From: Takakia lepidozioides
Lineage: Eukaryota > Plantae > Bryophyta
Direction of reading: 5' to 3'
Assembly: GCA_030704615.1 (NCBI GenBank)
Contig: CM060733.1
Span: 37,572,001-37,636,000, forward strand
DNA: 64,000 bases
Shown here one piece after another: positions 34,001 through 46,573 of this stretch. The position numbers and the translations under genes are program-made. The notes beneath the pieces were generated by a model. The model made no database searches. It worked only from the letters and a program-made list of their open reading frames with translations, and was not told the DNA's origin. How positions within the stretch are numbered: the first letter of the stretch is position 1; each line of letters starts with the position of its first letter.

Positions 34001-36918
34001 TTGGTTTGATCAGCAAATTACCCTCCACGTTTTCCTGCTGGTTTTGGACATCCACAGCCTAAGCCTGAAGTCCGTCATCCACACTATCATTGATTTTTTT
34101 TTATGACAAAGGAAGAAGGCACAAGTAGTTTATCACTTTCTTTCCCTTGGGCAATTCATCCTAGGGTACCGTAGTATGTTGTCCAAACATACTTGTCAAG
34201 CCTAAAGCCTTCTTGACCCTCATGTATTTCTCTACTTCGTACCCCCACCCAGTGCCTCTTAACCTCCCCGCTCTCCTGAGCTGTTCTTCAGCCTGAGTAG
34301 AGTGAGATGATGCTCTCTTGTGGGAGAGCCGCTTCACTAACTAGAGAATAAAGGAGTATTTGAAGAGCAACATTTTAGTGGAGCAAATCCTCGTAGAAAT
34401 GCCGAAGGAGTTCACACCTTGAAGTTCATCTGCGACTTACTTTTGAGCCTTGATCTCTCAAATTTGTTGCATGTCCTCATGAACATCTCAGTCCCTTCAT
34501 TAGTATCGAGAGCGTTGCCACCCAGTGTATTGACAAACATCAGTACAAATGAGTGACCCTTCAGAAGCAATGAGGTAATTGTAGGTATATTACCAACTAA
34601 TGGATGATGTTGTTACAGCCCATGAGATAGAGAAAGGTCTTGGATGCTTCTTGTGGTTTCCTGTGTTTGAGCACTAAGATAAGCATTGGGGTTTTTTTGA
34701 AATGCATAGAAATTCAGAACCTACAGATATTTGACATTGCTAGCAGTCCTCACACAATGTAGAAGGGAGTGGATGGGTGCATGGATGCTGTGTCAAGGAT
34801 GCCTTTGGGAATGGCAGCTTGAACAGAGCATGAAAATGAGGGTTGGTGGCCACATGTGATCAGGCCAATGGAAGTCATTCTCAAGATGTGGAGAACACGT
34901 CGGTCAATTTGGAATCAGCATCAGGGCCAGCCTCCCCAGTGGTGACTATGACGAGGCAGATAACACAGCATGGAGGGTCTTCCAGGAGAAAAGACTCCTC
35001 TGACTCTAACCTCTCATCAGTGTTGGAGAGCCCAGGATGGTTAGAGTATACAAACCTACAAACAGCTGGTGATGATGTGAGCACCCAAACTTGGAGATCT
35101 GTGGCCAGGGACAGTTATGACATGCAGTCCACAGTTGCAGGAATCAGTGGAAGCAATGCAGACAACTCTGAAGTCGAGCTTATGACACAGCTGCATGATG
35201 CCGATACAGTGGACAAGCGCATGCAGGTGGTTGCAAAGCTGAGGAAAAATTTCGAAAGAAAATTAGCAGCTGCAGTTCACAAGAATGAAATTACAGAAGG
35301 ACAGCTAGCAGCTGTCCTAAGAAGTAAAGAAGAGGCAGAAAAGAATCTGTCATCAGTTCTGAAGAGCCAGCAAAAGGCAGAGGCTAGACTTGAAGCTGCA
35401 CTGAAGGATCAGAAGGATGTCAAGGATAGGGTGCTGGCTGCAGAGCAGGCACAAGAGGACTCTAATAATCTTTGCAATGTGGTGCACTCTGAGAACCTGC
35501 GTTTGGAACATGACCTTGCCTTCCTTAAGGCTGTCCTGGAAGATACTCAGAGGGTGAGGCTCAAGAGTCTGGCTATGTGGGTGCTGCAGTAAACATATAT
35601 ATGTCCCAAATATGTTGAGGAATACCTCAGTTTTTTTATACATGTAACCTACAGGACATGAGGGAGCCCAAAGAAAAGCCTATCATGAAGGGCCTGATCT
35701 ACCTTAGATCCAGTCTTTTATAGAAGTCTATTGATTTCAGCTTCTGGGATTGTTCATGCAGGAATTGCATTCTACCCGAGAGGTTCTTGCAGGAGAGCGT
35801 TCACGAGCCTTTCAACTTCAGGTAAGAGGGTTTTGACGTTTTAGGCTGTACATTGTCTGGAAAGGGAATTGGGATCTCTCTCTCTCTCTCTCTCTCTCGT
35901 CAAAGCGCAAACAACGTCTTATGAGTACAATCTCTCGTCAAAGCTATGGCAAACAACGTCTTATGAGTACATTCTGGCATATAAGTTCCCTGAACTTGTT
36001 CCAGTCCAAGGACGACCTGAAGGGCCTCCTTTTGGCACTAGAATGAAAGTTAAACTAGTCTGCCTTTGAACAATAAGCAGATGCACAGAGGAAAGGGAGA
36101 TTGACAATACCTGATGTGCAGGTGGCCTGAAGACAATATCGTTTTTCTGATACATTGTCCAGGGTATTCTCATCAGAGAGTGACCCTTTTCAGGATCATC
36201 AAGAACATAGTCCCTGTGCCTCTGTTCACCAACTTTCAAAATTTCAAGGCTGAGCCTAAACCCTAGCCCTGTTGGGGTCTAACTGCCAGGCAGATCAGAC
36301 ATAGCAGATTGATGCTTGTGTGAAGGTCTATCTTGAGGAAAGTAAGTCCTAATGTATGTCAAGGTTAGTTTATATCAAGTGAAGTCCCACTAGCACCTCA
36401 TCAGGTAGTGTCTGTTCCCTCTTGTTTCACCCAAACTGGGTGTGGGTCTATGGCCACGTTTACAGCAAACGGCTATAGCAGACAACGTTTTATGAGTACA
36501 GTCTCTCAGTCTGTCTGCCAAGTTCCGCCCAAACTGGGTACGGGGTCTATGGCTACAAGGGTACAGCAAACAACCTCTCATTAGTACATTGTGTGTGTGT
36601 CAACTCTTTCTCCCTGGGTCGGTAGAGTTACTAGTTCCCTTAGGGTTGGTACTCTGCTGGGCCATGGCTGGCAAGGTACAGCAGCTAATATTGGCAGGGG
36701 GATCTCTATTTGTGTTGTTTATATTTCTCAGTTAACGGAAATTGATGCTAAGACCTTGGGCACTTGATCTCTACTGACTTCTAAGTGTATGTTACATGTG
36801 GCCGGGGAGGCAGGTGGAGGTGTTTGAACTGAAGCAGAAAATTCCTCCTCTGGAGTCCTCTCACATGGTATCTCCTACATTTTCTTCTCATGCAGGACAG
36901 CAAGCTGCAACTACTTGA
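28050..36918 (+). CDS. Kelch-repeat protein with C-terminal coiled coil (ACBP4/5-related, At5g18590-like; no ACB domain seen); start codon uncertain
   Basis: Approximate exons: ..28214, 28434-28511 (HAATVVGRRMLIAGGD), 29370-29492, 29574-29640, 29842-29903, 30889-31028 (RSGQSVTRAGSILIMFGGED), 31203-31329, 31560-31674, 31800-31888, 32342-32425, 33082-, 34864-35552 (NLRLEHDLAFLKAVLEDTQ), 35762-35821 (ELHSTREVLAGERSRAFQLQ), 36814-36918 (VEVFELKQK..stop). Confidence 0.88.
30083..30808 (-). mobile_element. Family A LINE copy with scrambled internal order, in a kelch-gene intron
   Basis: On the minus strand the Zn-finger region (30808-30566) comes first, then the RT region IDQGVAQGCALSP..DDFAG (30565-30095), then the ATGAGTACA end. 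(GA)n-rich flanks on both sides. Confidence 0.85.
32606..32766 (+). mobile_element. Family A LINE 3' end, 161 bp, young
   Basis: Near-identical to the 3' end of the 57-kb copy. Perfect TSD TCTCTTGGATGCT (32593-32605, 32767-32779) at the end of a (TC)n tract. Confidence 0.95.
35893..36590 (+). mobile_element. Stack of at least four family A LINE 3' ends behind a (TC)n tract, in the last kelch-gene intron
   Basis: Termini end at 35930, 35971, ~36500 and ~36589. A diverged Zn-finger-region copy spans ~35985-36500. Confidence 0.88.
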
Positions 36919-37859
36919 CAGTGTGACTAAAGGCCAATACAGTCAGATGCTTTGTTAGCAACCACAGATAGATGGGAGGATGGACTTCGTATTTTATCAA
37001 AAAATGTTGATATTATTATTGGAACACTAAGTACCCACCATTTGGGTTGACATTTGCTGTGTGTGAGCCCAGTACAGGCTCAGACATTCATACTCTCTCC
37101 TTCATAAGTTCACTCTTGGATGATCATATATTCTTGGGCCTATGGTTGAATAACCTAAATTGCACAGGAGGGGTGAAACGTTTTTCTGAGTGAAGCCTTT
37201 TTGCTTCATAGAATGATGAACATGATTGCCACAACATCACTTATAATTAGTTATGGTTTGAGTCCGTTGGCAGGCAGTAACTGCTAGCGGCCCTGCCGCT
37301 GATAGTCGACCTCAGTGCATATAGCAGAACATAAGTCTAACTTCCGTCAGCTAAGCTCTTAGAACATGAGTGGGCATTGACCAGTCCGAATTCCTAGTTA
37401 TCTCCCACTCTGGGCCTTTTTCACCCTCAAAACACAATTCCTTGGGTTGCCTTTTACAAGCCTGATCCGTGCCAGGTGTGCACAGTCCCACAGTTGGAGT
37501 CTGGACCAGTGTTGTGCAGACTGACCACAGGAAAGTCAGGCTCCCGCTTGGTGACAAGCGACTCTCTGGAAATTCTGGAGCTAATTACCAAAATATTGAC
37601 GCTTTCAAATTGTAATCCCCCCACTTGGATCCACACCAGTTCTATTGGAGATTGTGAGAAGTGGATGTCAGCCTGCAGGAAGGGAGGGCTTTGTGAGCTG
37701 TGAAGGTGACAAACTGCTATTCTTTGAAACTTTGATGTTCACCCCACCGAGATGGCGGAGAGCGCTGGCAGACAGCGGACGGCCAGAGGCAGAGGTGCCA
37801 GCCACTCCAACTTTACCCATGGCGGGTCAAAACCAGTGTTGGGCGGTTATTTATATTTT

Positions 37860-38350
37860 TTGCTTTTGAAACAGTTCTGCAAAGACTATGGGATGCAAGT
37901 CAATCTTAGCAAGACCAAGATCATGGTCTTCAATGGCCAGGCTGATCGTAGATTCATCTTCAACCAGCAGGAAATTGAGATTGTCAAATCATACCGGTAC
38001 CTAGGTCTGGTTATCCACTCCCCCAAGTTTCACTTTGCAGCCACTGCCTTGGACAGATTGACTAAAGGTAAGGCGGCCTCCGTCCGCCTTCACGCCAAAT
38101 GCAAGCAAATACATGTGCGGCATCCCCCGACCAAAAAGTGTCTGTTTGACACCGTCGTCAGCCCTGCTACCATCTATGGTTGTGAGTTCTGGGCACCTGG
38201 TGTCCCTGTCTCCTGGTGGGAAAAGATTTTGGAACCATTACAGTCATCTTTTCTCCAAGCAATGCTTGGCGCCAGGAGCACAACTCCCTCTCAGATCCTA
38301 GGTGCAGAGTTCGCATGTGTACCATTGCAATCCGAGGCACAGTTCAGGCT
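37860..38350 (+). mobile_element. Fragment of a second RTE/RTEX-like LINE family (RT thumb region)
   Basis: FCKDYGMQVNLSKTKIMVF..VKSYRYLG..LFDTVVSPATIYGCEFW..STTPSQILGAEF; distinct from family A. Confidence 0.85.
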
Positions 38351-38662
38351 TACAATCTGTGATGCTTGCTATTCATGCAATTACATGGGGGTTGAAATCT
38401 CAAAATTGACAAGAGAAAATGTGCCTCCAAATGAAGTACTTTTTTTTTCTACAATTTTTTTAAAAGCCAATGGTGGATGTGTGTATGTAATGCTCACACA
38501 CCAGAAGGTGAAGTGTTTTTTCCAAAATTGCTAATTTTCTGCCAAAAATGGCCTTTGGAGTGCAATCTGTTTTGGGCTTGTTTACCTGCCACGTCAGCGG
38601 TCAACAGCCCTTTTCAGGCCCCAAAACGTAAATGAAAGATCTAAGATATTTTTTGTAAGTAG

Positions 38663-38664
<2 letters not shown>

Positions 38665-38703
<39 letters not shown>
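38665..38703. repeat. Poly(T) tract of ~39 nt
   Basis: Seen directly in the sequence. Confidence 0.9.
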
Positions 38704-38704
<1 letters not shown>

Positions 38705-40038
38705 TTTTTTGCATCATACTCGAGACAAATCCCTTGTCATTAAAGCTTCAGGAGTGGGCCCCATCAGATTAGATCTGCAAAAATTAGGTCGAACTCCAAA
38801 TTCAAAGTGACCCGATTTAGGTCGCTTGGGAACTTAAGGGTTAAGAGTGAAATGTTTTTTTGGCCGGGTACCCATAAATCCGGTTATCATTTTCGCTATA
38901 ATTGAGGGTTATACAACCGGTTATCTATATTTATTTATTTATTAAAAAAGATATGAAATTATAGCTGAAACTTCTATCAATCATAAATACCTGCATTAGT
39001 ACAATAGAGCTGGTCTGCAGATATATTTTAGATATATGACACATGCATCTGGAATTACTAAATGAATTGGGCTCATCAATGGGGATTTAAAAAAATACAG
39101 TGTCCTATCATAATGTTTCAATGTGCTTCAATATATGAAGCCCTGGCAAGCTCATTAGCCAAGGACTTACACCACAGAACCGCCACTCATAACCTCATAA
39201 CCTTAGGTTATTAGGCCCAATATATATATTCGTAACCGTCCACTTAAAAAACACTCAACCGGTTGTCTACATCAATTTTAAAATTTCGACCTCTGCCAGT
39301 TACTATTGGGACCGGTTACTTGTATGCCTACACTCTGCCGGTTCCTAATGGGACCGGTTATTTCAATTTTCATTTCTTGTGGTTATATACATATAAGCGG
39401 ATAGATAACCAATTGTTATTAGAGACAAGAATAAATAACTGCCCAACATTGGTCAAGACGGGATGCTGGTGGGCCTCCTCTGCCAAAGCCCTAGGCGCCA
39501 AGGTGGTGCCCTCTTCCTCCATACCAAGGGACATATTTCTCTCACCCTGGCTATATTTCTCTTTTTTCACTATCAGTGCACACAAACACAACACTACATA
39601 AGGTAGTGCTACCATGATCGTGGTTACCAGCACTTGCAAATACCTTTTAGTCTAAGGTTGTCTTTTGGTGTGCCTTAGCTGAATGAGGCCAAATCCATGA
39701 TAGTTGATGATCGAGGCAAATGGACGTATATAAGGCCAAAGAAAAACTTAGGTCAACAATATTTGCAAATGCTCGGAACCACGATAGTTGACATTCAGGC
39801 ATAACCTCATCAAAGGGAGTCTGATTCAATAGCCGCACAGGGAAAGGAGCATGACTATCAGGAACGTCACCCCACAACACATTCCTCCCTTTGGCAGTCG
39901 AGATCTTCGGTTGTTTGCATCATCAATTCTATCTTGCGTCAGGCATAGGTTGCCGGCACTTTCTGACCCATCCTCTTTCCTATTGTCTTGTCTGACCTTC
40001 TTTAGGCACTAGGTGATACTAGCACAGTTTGATTTCTT

Positions 40039-40140
40039 CCGGTCCCAATATTGATGTCAGGGGGTCATCGGCTGTACCTCGCGGGCCCTACCTGTAAGCT
40101 CAAGTGTATTAAAATCAAGCCACATCAATATTGGGACCGG
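40039..40140. mobile_element. 102-bp MITE
   Basis: Perfect 19-bp TIR CCGGTCCCAATATTGATGT / ACATCAATATTGGGACCGG; flanking direct repeat ATTTCTT (40032-40038, 40141-40147). Confidence 0.85.
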
Positions 40141-41419
40141 ATTTCTTTTTGTCAATATATCTAGCTCTATGAGATTTTGTTTCTCCTCTTGGGGACAGTT
40201 TTACCCATTTGTACAGTCACCCCACTTGGGTCTTTTATAAAGCTATGCGGGATTTTTGGATGTTAAGATTTTTCTTCCCAGTATATCTGCATGTTGTAAG
40301 AATCTATTTGCCAGAAAACCAAATGGTATAGTGTTGTACTGTCACTTTCCAATTGTTAAGTTCAAACAATGCCTTGCTTGCCATTTCTATTCTCTAACAG
40401 GTCATCAAATAAGCATGGTGTAATGACACATGGAGTCCTCATTGAACATGCATTGTGACAATGCATAGTTGAATATTTCATGAACCAATCTTTGAGCTTG
40501 TCGCTACCCACAGGTGGATCATAGCAGACAAGAATATCTGCCTTAGACTGTTCACATGAAATGTTACTAGAAACTGAGAGGAAGAGACAGGTTCACATTG
40601 GAGCTACATTCACTTATTCTTTCCAAACCCGATCATCTTGAATTGTCAGAGATGTATATCTGAGATCACCTTTTGGTGTACAGTGCCTTAGAGTAAGGCA
40701 ACAATCCGCAATTGACCGAGTAATTGCCATGCTGAGTAAAGGTTGTAGTGTCACATGAAGCTATCTCTCCTATGCATGCTCTTTGCTCACCAATGGAGCA
40801 GCACGTTCCTTCCCTTTTTCAGCTTTTAACGTCATCACATTCTCATGCTATGACAGGATAACAGCAACAGCCCTGGAGCCATACAATTTCACGACAATGT
40901 AGAGATCATGACAAGATTATTCGTCCCCCAAAATCAGAGAGTATGGGGGGCTTGCGTAATGATGATACACTGACAGGATATCCTCACCCTAATTGTCAAA
41001 CATAGTAGGATTCCCACCAATTTCTAGCCAATTTGAGCTCTAATAACAACATGAACCCTAGTCTGCTTAATATCGAGGAGAAGGGTTCATATATGACAAT
41101 ATCAGTGAACTGTGATAGTGCCTCACCGTGGCAGAGGGTGATAGCTTACATGCTAACTGCTAACCTTATTGTACTGGGTCTTTGGACTTTCAGCAGTGGA
41201 GTCCTCTATGGCAGTCAGGCATATATATATGGACAGAGGAAGCGAACTTAAAATAACAATTCACTCCATTCCCACCCAAGTTTTAACCGGGAGTCTACCC
41301 AGCTGCCGCAGCAGCCTAGCTGCTGGTTAGCTAGGCAACTTCAAATGTGCACCCAGCTGACGCAGTCATTGGAGCTATCACGAGAAAAAGGTGCTCAGAA
41401 TTTTCCACTTCAAGTGGAA

Positions 41420-44400
41420 TCAGCCCTTGGAAACCCGAATCCCTTGGGAATGCGGAAACAGAAAGGAAGCAAGGGCGACAACAACCACAAGCCCAAGCAA
41501 ACCCAGCAAGACTAGTGTGTCTGTGTCTGCCACTTCCAAGTCACTCTTCCCCAAATTTCGTCTCATCTCATCTAGCCATATCTCCTCTGCAAAGTCTTGG
41601 TCCTGGTATCCACAACAAGCAAGATGGTGTTAATAGATTGACAGTCAATGAAGTAACAAGCCCTGGGTCCATCCACAATCAACGCCACTGACGCGATAGA
41701 CAATAATATGAGAGAGTAGACGAAATTGCGAGTGCAACAGTAGTGATAGATGACAAACGAGGAAAGAACTATCAAACAGCCTTGCTTGCTATCAACCTTC
41801 TTTCCACAGATCCCGTCCCCAGTTTGGCCTGAAAAGAGTGTGTGAGAGAAAATTTATTGCCTCCTCCCTGCAAAGCTGGCTATGATATAGCATCATGGGC
41901 AATGGTCCCCCTGGAAACTACCCGTCCAAAGCCTTGTGGCATTTCAGCCCACCCCCTCATTTTGATGCAAAAGTGATCACATGAGCCAACTGATATTTGT
42001 CTGATTTTTGAGAAGGTATATACATCGTGATGGGAAACGGCAAAGCTGATTCCAGCACTGCTGTTATAGAACCCAATTTGGAAACAGTTCTCACACTGCC
42101 AGTTGCGGTGTCTAGAAAATAGCAGAGGAAGGGAGAGGGCAGAGAAGAGAGGGAAACCTCCTGCTTTTTGGCACTTTTTGCAGAGCATCCCTTGTTTACA
42201 GCTTGCCTCAGAGAGACAGGTGAAGAGCTGGAACTCTCGTTTGATTGGCCAGAAAATCCCAAATATGCAGCATTGGTGTGTTTGATCCCCATCACTGATC
42301 CAAAAAATTCAGTCACAGGCACCTGCAACTCAAATTGGCAGGCAAATGAGTCAATACAGACTATACCACCACTTGGGACGACATGTAAAGAGGAGAACCA
42401 AGCCATTGAGCAAGCACAATAATTGGCAAATCGAGATCAAACCCAAATGTGAAACTTGAACAGACAAATTAAACATACAAAGCCACCTACAACTGGCCCG
42501 AGTCATAGTTTCACCTCACCTTATCTAAAGGTTGAGGAAATAAGTCGGTGCGATAGTCCATATGTGACATAAGCAGACTTGGGTCATATGACTGCAACAG
42601 ACTGCATCCCATTATACATTTGGCATGAGAAAAGAAAACTCTCCACCACATTCCTTGCAAGCATTCATAAGCACATAATATCCAGAAGACTACTCAAGGA
42701 ATTGCCAACCAATTGCAAGCAATTGCAATTGCCATTCCATGGGGAATCTATCGTAGTCTTCTGGATATTATGTGCTTATGACAATTGGCAATTCCTTGCC
42801 AATTGGAATTGGCAAATCCTTGGCACTTGCAATTCCTTGCAGAGAAATTGCAGAGAAAAACTTTTCACCCAGTTGATGTTTATTAAGTAATTGCAACTAA
42901 CAATCTACCAGTTTGGAACTTGTGGGAGGCTTCCAGACCTGGGAAAAGCAGAGAAAAACCAACCTTTGTATGGTGGAATTGCTATGTATATCAAGGTTTT
43001 CAAAAAACTGCAGTGTGTAATATGTAAAGCGATCCACAACTGACACCCCCACCTGCCATTGGTTAGCATTGCTGTCAGTTGCTTAGCAGACATAGCATAG
43101 GAAGGTAAAATAGTACGTGCAGTACTCTGGAAACTGCTAGCAACCAGACAAATTCCTTTCACATTAGTCTTTAGCCTTTATCAATACCTCTATTGGAGCT
43201 CTATGTACACACAAATTCTCATGGACACAAACCCAGTGGAGGAAGACTAAACTCGAAGTGCAAATCAGAGGTGAATCTTGTTGAGAGATTACAATCAACA
43301 CATACATCCGCATCAAGATGATGAGAATATGAATTCTCCCCCTTCAAACTGCTGCCAACAGCTAGCACGCCTGGGGAATAGAGCTGCATGGGAGTAGACC
43401 ACCAAAATTTGAAGTTATCAATTGACCTGCCATCCCTTGCAGTTGCACAGTGCCTCCTCAAGAAAACTCAACTTTTGGGCCTTTGGCCACTGTAGTCCTG
43501 AAAAGGATACAGTTGCATGGTGGGCGCTGCTGGTGAGGTACACCATGTATATGTGCATAAGAAGTTACACTTACGAGGCTCAGCACCAATAGGCTTGACA
43601 TGCACAATCCATGGACTGATGCACTCAAGTGCATGTTGACATCTTTGAGGAGACACTCCAAAGGGAACACATGTGTGTCCCTGGTAACCGTTCACAAACT
43701 CAAACAGAACTTTTGAGTTCCGAACTCCAACATACATTAGAATTCTTCAACTTTGACGTAAGAAGCCCTGTCTTCTGTTCACCTACTCATACATCTTGAA
43801 GATAGCAATATCCGCATGCTCAAGGCATATGACATATTTCTTCTAAGGATGTGGCAAGTTGTAAATTCAACAGATGTTTGTTGCACGTAAGTAGTTGATT
43901 TTAAACAAGAGTGCAAGGGCTTGTGAGGCACCTGAGAGTGAAGGGTCGCTGCCTGACAGGTATCCACCATCAATAACAGCTCCTTGTATCTACAAAGTAC
44001 AGATTACCATGGCAGGTGGTATATGCAGCAAGAGAGTGATTATCAGAACTGAAACCCACAAATATCATGTGAACTATGTTAGACTATCTGCAGAAGTGTT
44101 TGTAATAACAGTTCTTCCTAGCTAGGCTCCAACTCAACACAATTCCATGTAGTAGCCAGCTCCTGTTTCAGTACATTCCTATCATCTGAGCTCTTTGCAA
44201 CAGATGTTCCCTAGTGGAGTATATGTAAAGCCTACATACAGGTGAATGGTGTCAAAAGAAATCCTTGCAAGTGCATGACATAATATAAGTGCCAAGGGTT
44301 ATGGATGGTTACACACAAAGGGTAAGAACCTACATTGGACAACCTTTGACAAGCATATACATCTGCATACAGGGATTAGTACATGAATAATTTAGTCTGA

Positions 44401-46146
44401 ATAATGGAAGAACCTTTTCTTCTCATGCATTTGAGCGAATGTGTCTGCAAGGTCGTGGCTTTGAATCTCCTCAGAATCCTGGAACTTCAGAAATTCATCG
44501 CCACCATGGCCAGTCATATAAAGAAGCACGCGGCTCCCTTCATCACTCAGCAGCCGCTTTGACCGTGGCACAGCCGCATCATGCCGCCCTGTCAAAACTC
44601 GTAGAAAATTTTCCACTGTAACTTCATAGCCTCTGTAGTCTACCTGCAAACCAAGTTGTGCACTGATATATGTAAACTCAAATTGTGCACCTTCCAAGCA
44701 GCATCAATGTGACAAACGCTTGGTTAGTATACCCAACAAACACCATTAAATAACAACTCTTCCTTTACCCATCATGATTAGCATTGAAGATGACACCTGC
44801 TAAATGTAGGCAAAAGTGTAGCCAATTTGTGCAGTGTATTATTCTAATTGCAGACAAAATTAACAATGCCAAACAATCCAGACAAACAGGCATAGACAAA
44901 CAAAAGACATGAGAGAAAGCAGACAGCTACCACAGAGGACAGGAGAGAGGTGAACTCACAGATGCTGAGACACAAAAGACAAACAAATAGACACATGCTA
45001 AACCCTTAAACCCTATATCAAGACAGAATTTGACTGGAACTTCACAATGCAGGCACTTGCCTCAATATTATCGCCATACAGATTGAGTTGATGGTTTTCA
45101 TTGTTAAAGACTTGAGCCGGGTAGGCATTCCGAGCATTGCACGCTACGTCATCTGCCAGCATCAATATGATATGGTCATCTGATATTCCCAGCCGCTTCA
45201 CTGTCCTATACACATGTAAGACAGCCTGTACTCAGCACTGTGAGACTGCCAAAAGAGTCTTGTTAATCATCTCACTTCTTTCAGCCACTAAATCACTTCT
45301 GTTGAGTAAGACTTCGACAGTGCATGCTTTTATATCCTTGGAGGCCGGCTCAACCTTAAACAATCTGTTGATGGTCAGTAGTTAATCCTGTTTCCATAAG
45401 TTCATGTGCACACTATCTTGGTTTAATAACCCTAGATTTCTTTTTCTTAGCCTCTCAACCGCCCCCTTGCACATCGGCAGGGGGTGGCATCAACGAAATT
45501 ACTGGAAAATAGCATGTTAACTCAACTTAAGAGGCACGTCAAAACTCCATAGCAGGTAGCTAAGTGGGTATGGGCATTATGTGCTCGGGAAGAGTTGCTT
45601 GCAAAGTTGTCAACCTGTTCTCTTTAAAGGCTTTGAAATGCGTCAGGAGAAGAAACCTTAAACAGCGCAGCTGAGAACTTGCCTGTACAGAGAGAGTGTA
45701 TTGGCCATGTGGCGATAATTAAACCTGCAATACAAGAGAAGGAAGTACTCATATCCAGTAACTGTGCAAGAATTGAACACCTTGGCTACCGACAGAGCAC
45801 AAAAGTGTAAAAAATCCACTATTTCATCACAACACAGCACTCTAGAATTTTACCAGGCGTCGGAGAGAGAGAGAGAACCGATGTTACAACAGCGTCTCTT
45901 AGTTCTTGAGCTACACACTCATCCACAATCCAAACTCTTAACAAAAAATTCAAGGTTGCTCATTGACATGATAGCATCAAGAGTTCGAGAGATGAGAGAG
46001 AACCAGTAGCGAGATGTGCAAACAAGGACCGCCCAATTGTTGGTATTGGAAGCTCCCAACGATGCCCATGCCTCCACGCCACGAAACATCTGGATTAGGA
46101 GCAAAACCCCCATCACCCGCAAACATTTCGTACCCAGCTTTGCCAT
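41420..46146 (-). CDS. GPI8: GPI-anchor transamidase catalytic subunit (peptidase C13, PIG-K)
   Basis: Signal peptide, then [14 protein letters not shown]|[14 protein letters not shown]|TVKRLG..; [17 protein letters not shown] (catalytic His); MVDTCQA (catalytic Cys); [14 protein letters not shown]; [10 protein letters not shown]. Last exon 41602-41420 encodes the TM helix [21 protein letters not shown]. About 10 exons. Confidence 0.95.
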
Positions 46147-46573
46147 GCTCAATCGATCTCTCTCTCTCCATCCCCTCCCTCCCTCCCTTGTACTTAATGT
46201 TTTTTTCTACTGCCCAAATTGTATTTGGAGAAGTAATTTACGGGTGGGCAGCAGCCGAGATTCGGTGGGGAACATGGGGCAACGGCCTGCCCGCTGCTGG
46301 CGCACCTTGAGTATCGCTCCAGTCTCAGTATTCTGGCCATTTGATGCGTCTGTCTGTGGAGAGGATCGAAGATGGCAGGTGGGTTGTGAAGAGGATCCAA
46401 GCACGCGGGGGGGGTGTGGGAGAAAGGAGAGGGATTGGGGGAGATCCCTTTCGATTCTGAGGTGTTTGGCAGCATGATTTCCACTCTTCTCAAAATCAAG
46501 CTTATTGGGTAGAAGGAGACGGGGGGGATAGAGGAGGAGGATTGTCCATTGAGAAGCGGAGGGGATTGGCAGC
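46147..46573. promoter_or_regulatory. Shared divergent promoter/5'-UTR interval between GPI8 and RAB21
   Basis: 427 bp between opposing ATGs (46146 and 46574); CpG-rich with GA/CT tracts. Confidence 0.6.

Noticed and set aside
33540-34600. Possible decayed retroelement in a kelch intron (similar unassigned ORF-like debris at 28650-29320, 46900-47260, 48200-49400, 63400-64000)
   Set aside because: Too degenerate for any diagnostic motif by eye.
38350-39420. Possible DNA-transposon remnants (GGG-TTAA piggyBac-like end at ~38840; ACCGGTT repeats)
   Set aside because: No matching opposite terminus or TSD found, so it cannot be classified.
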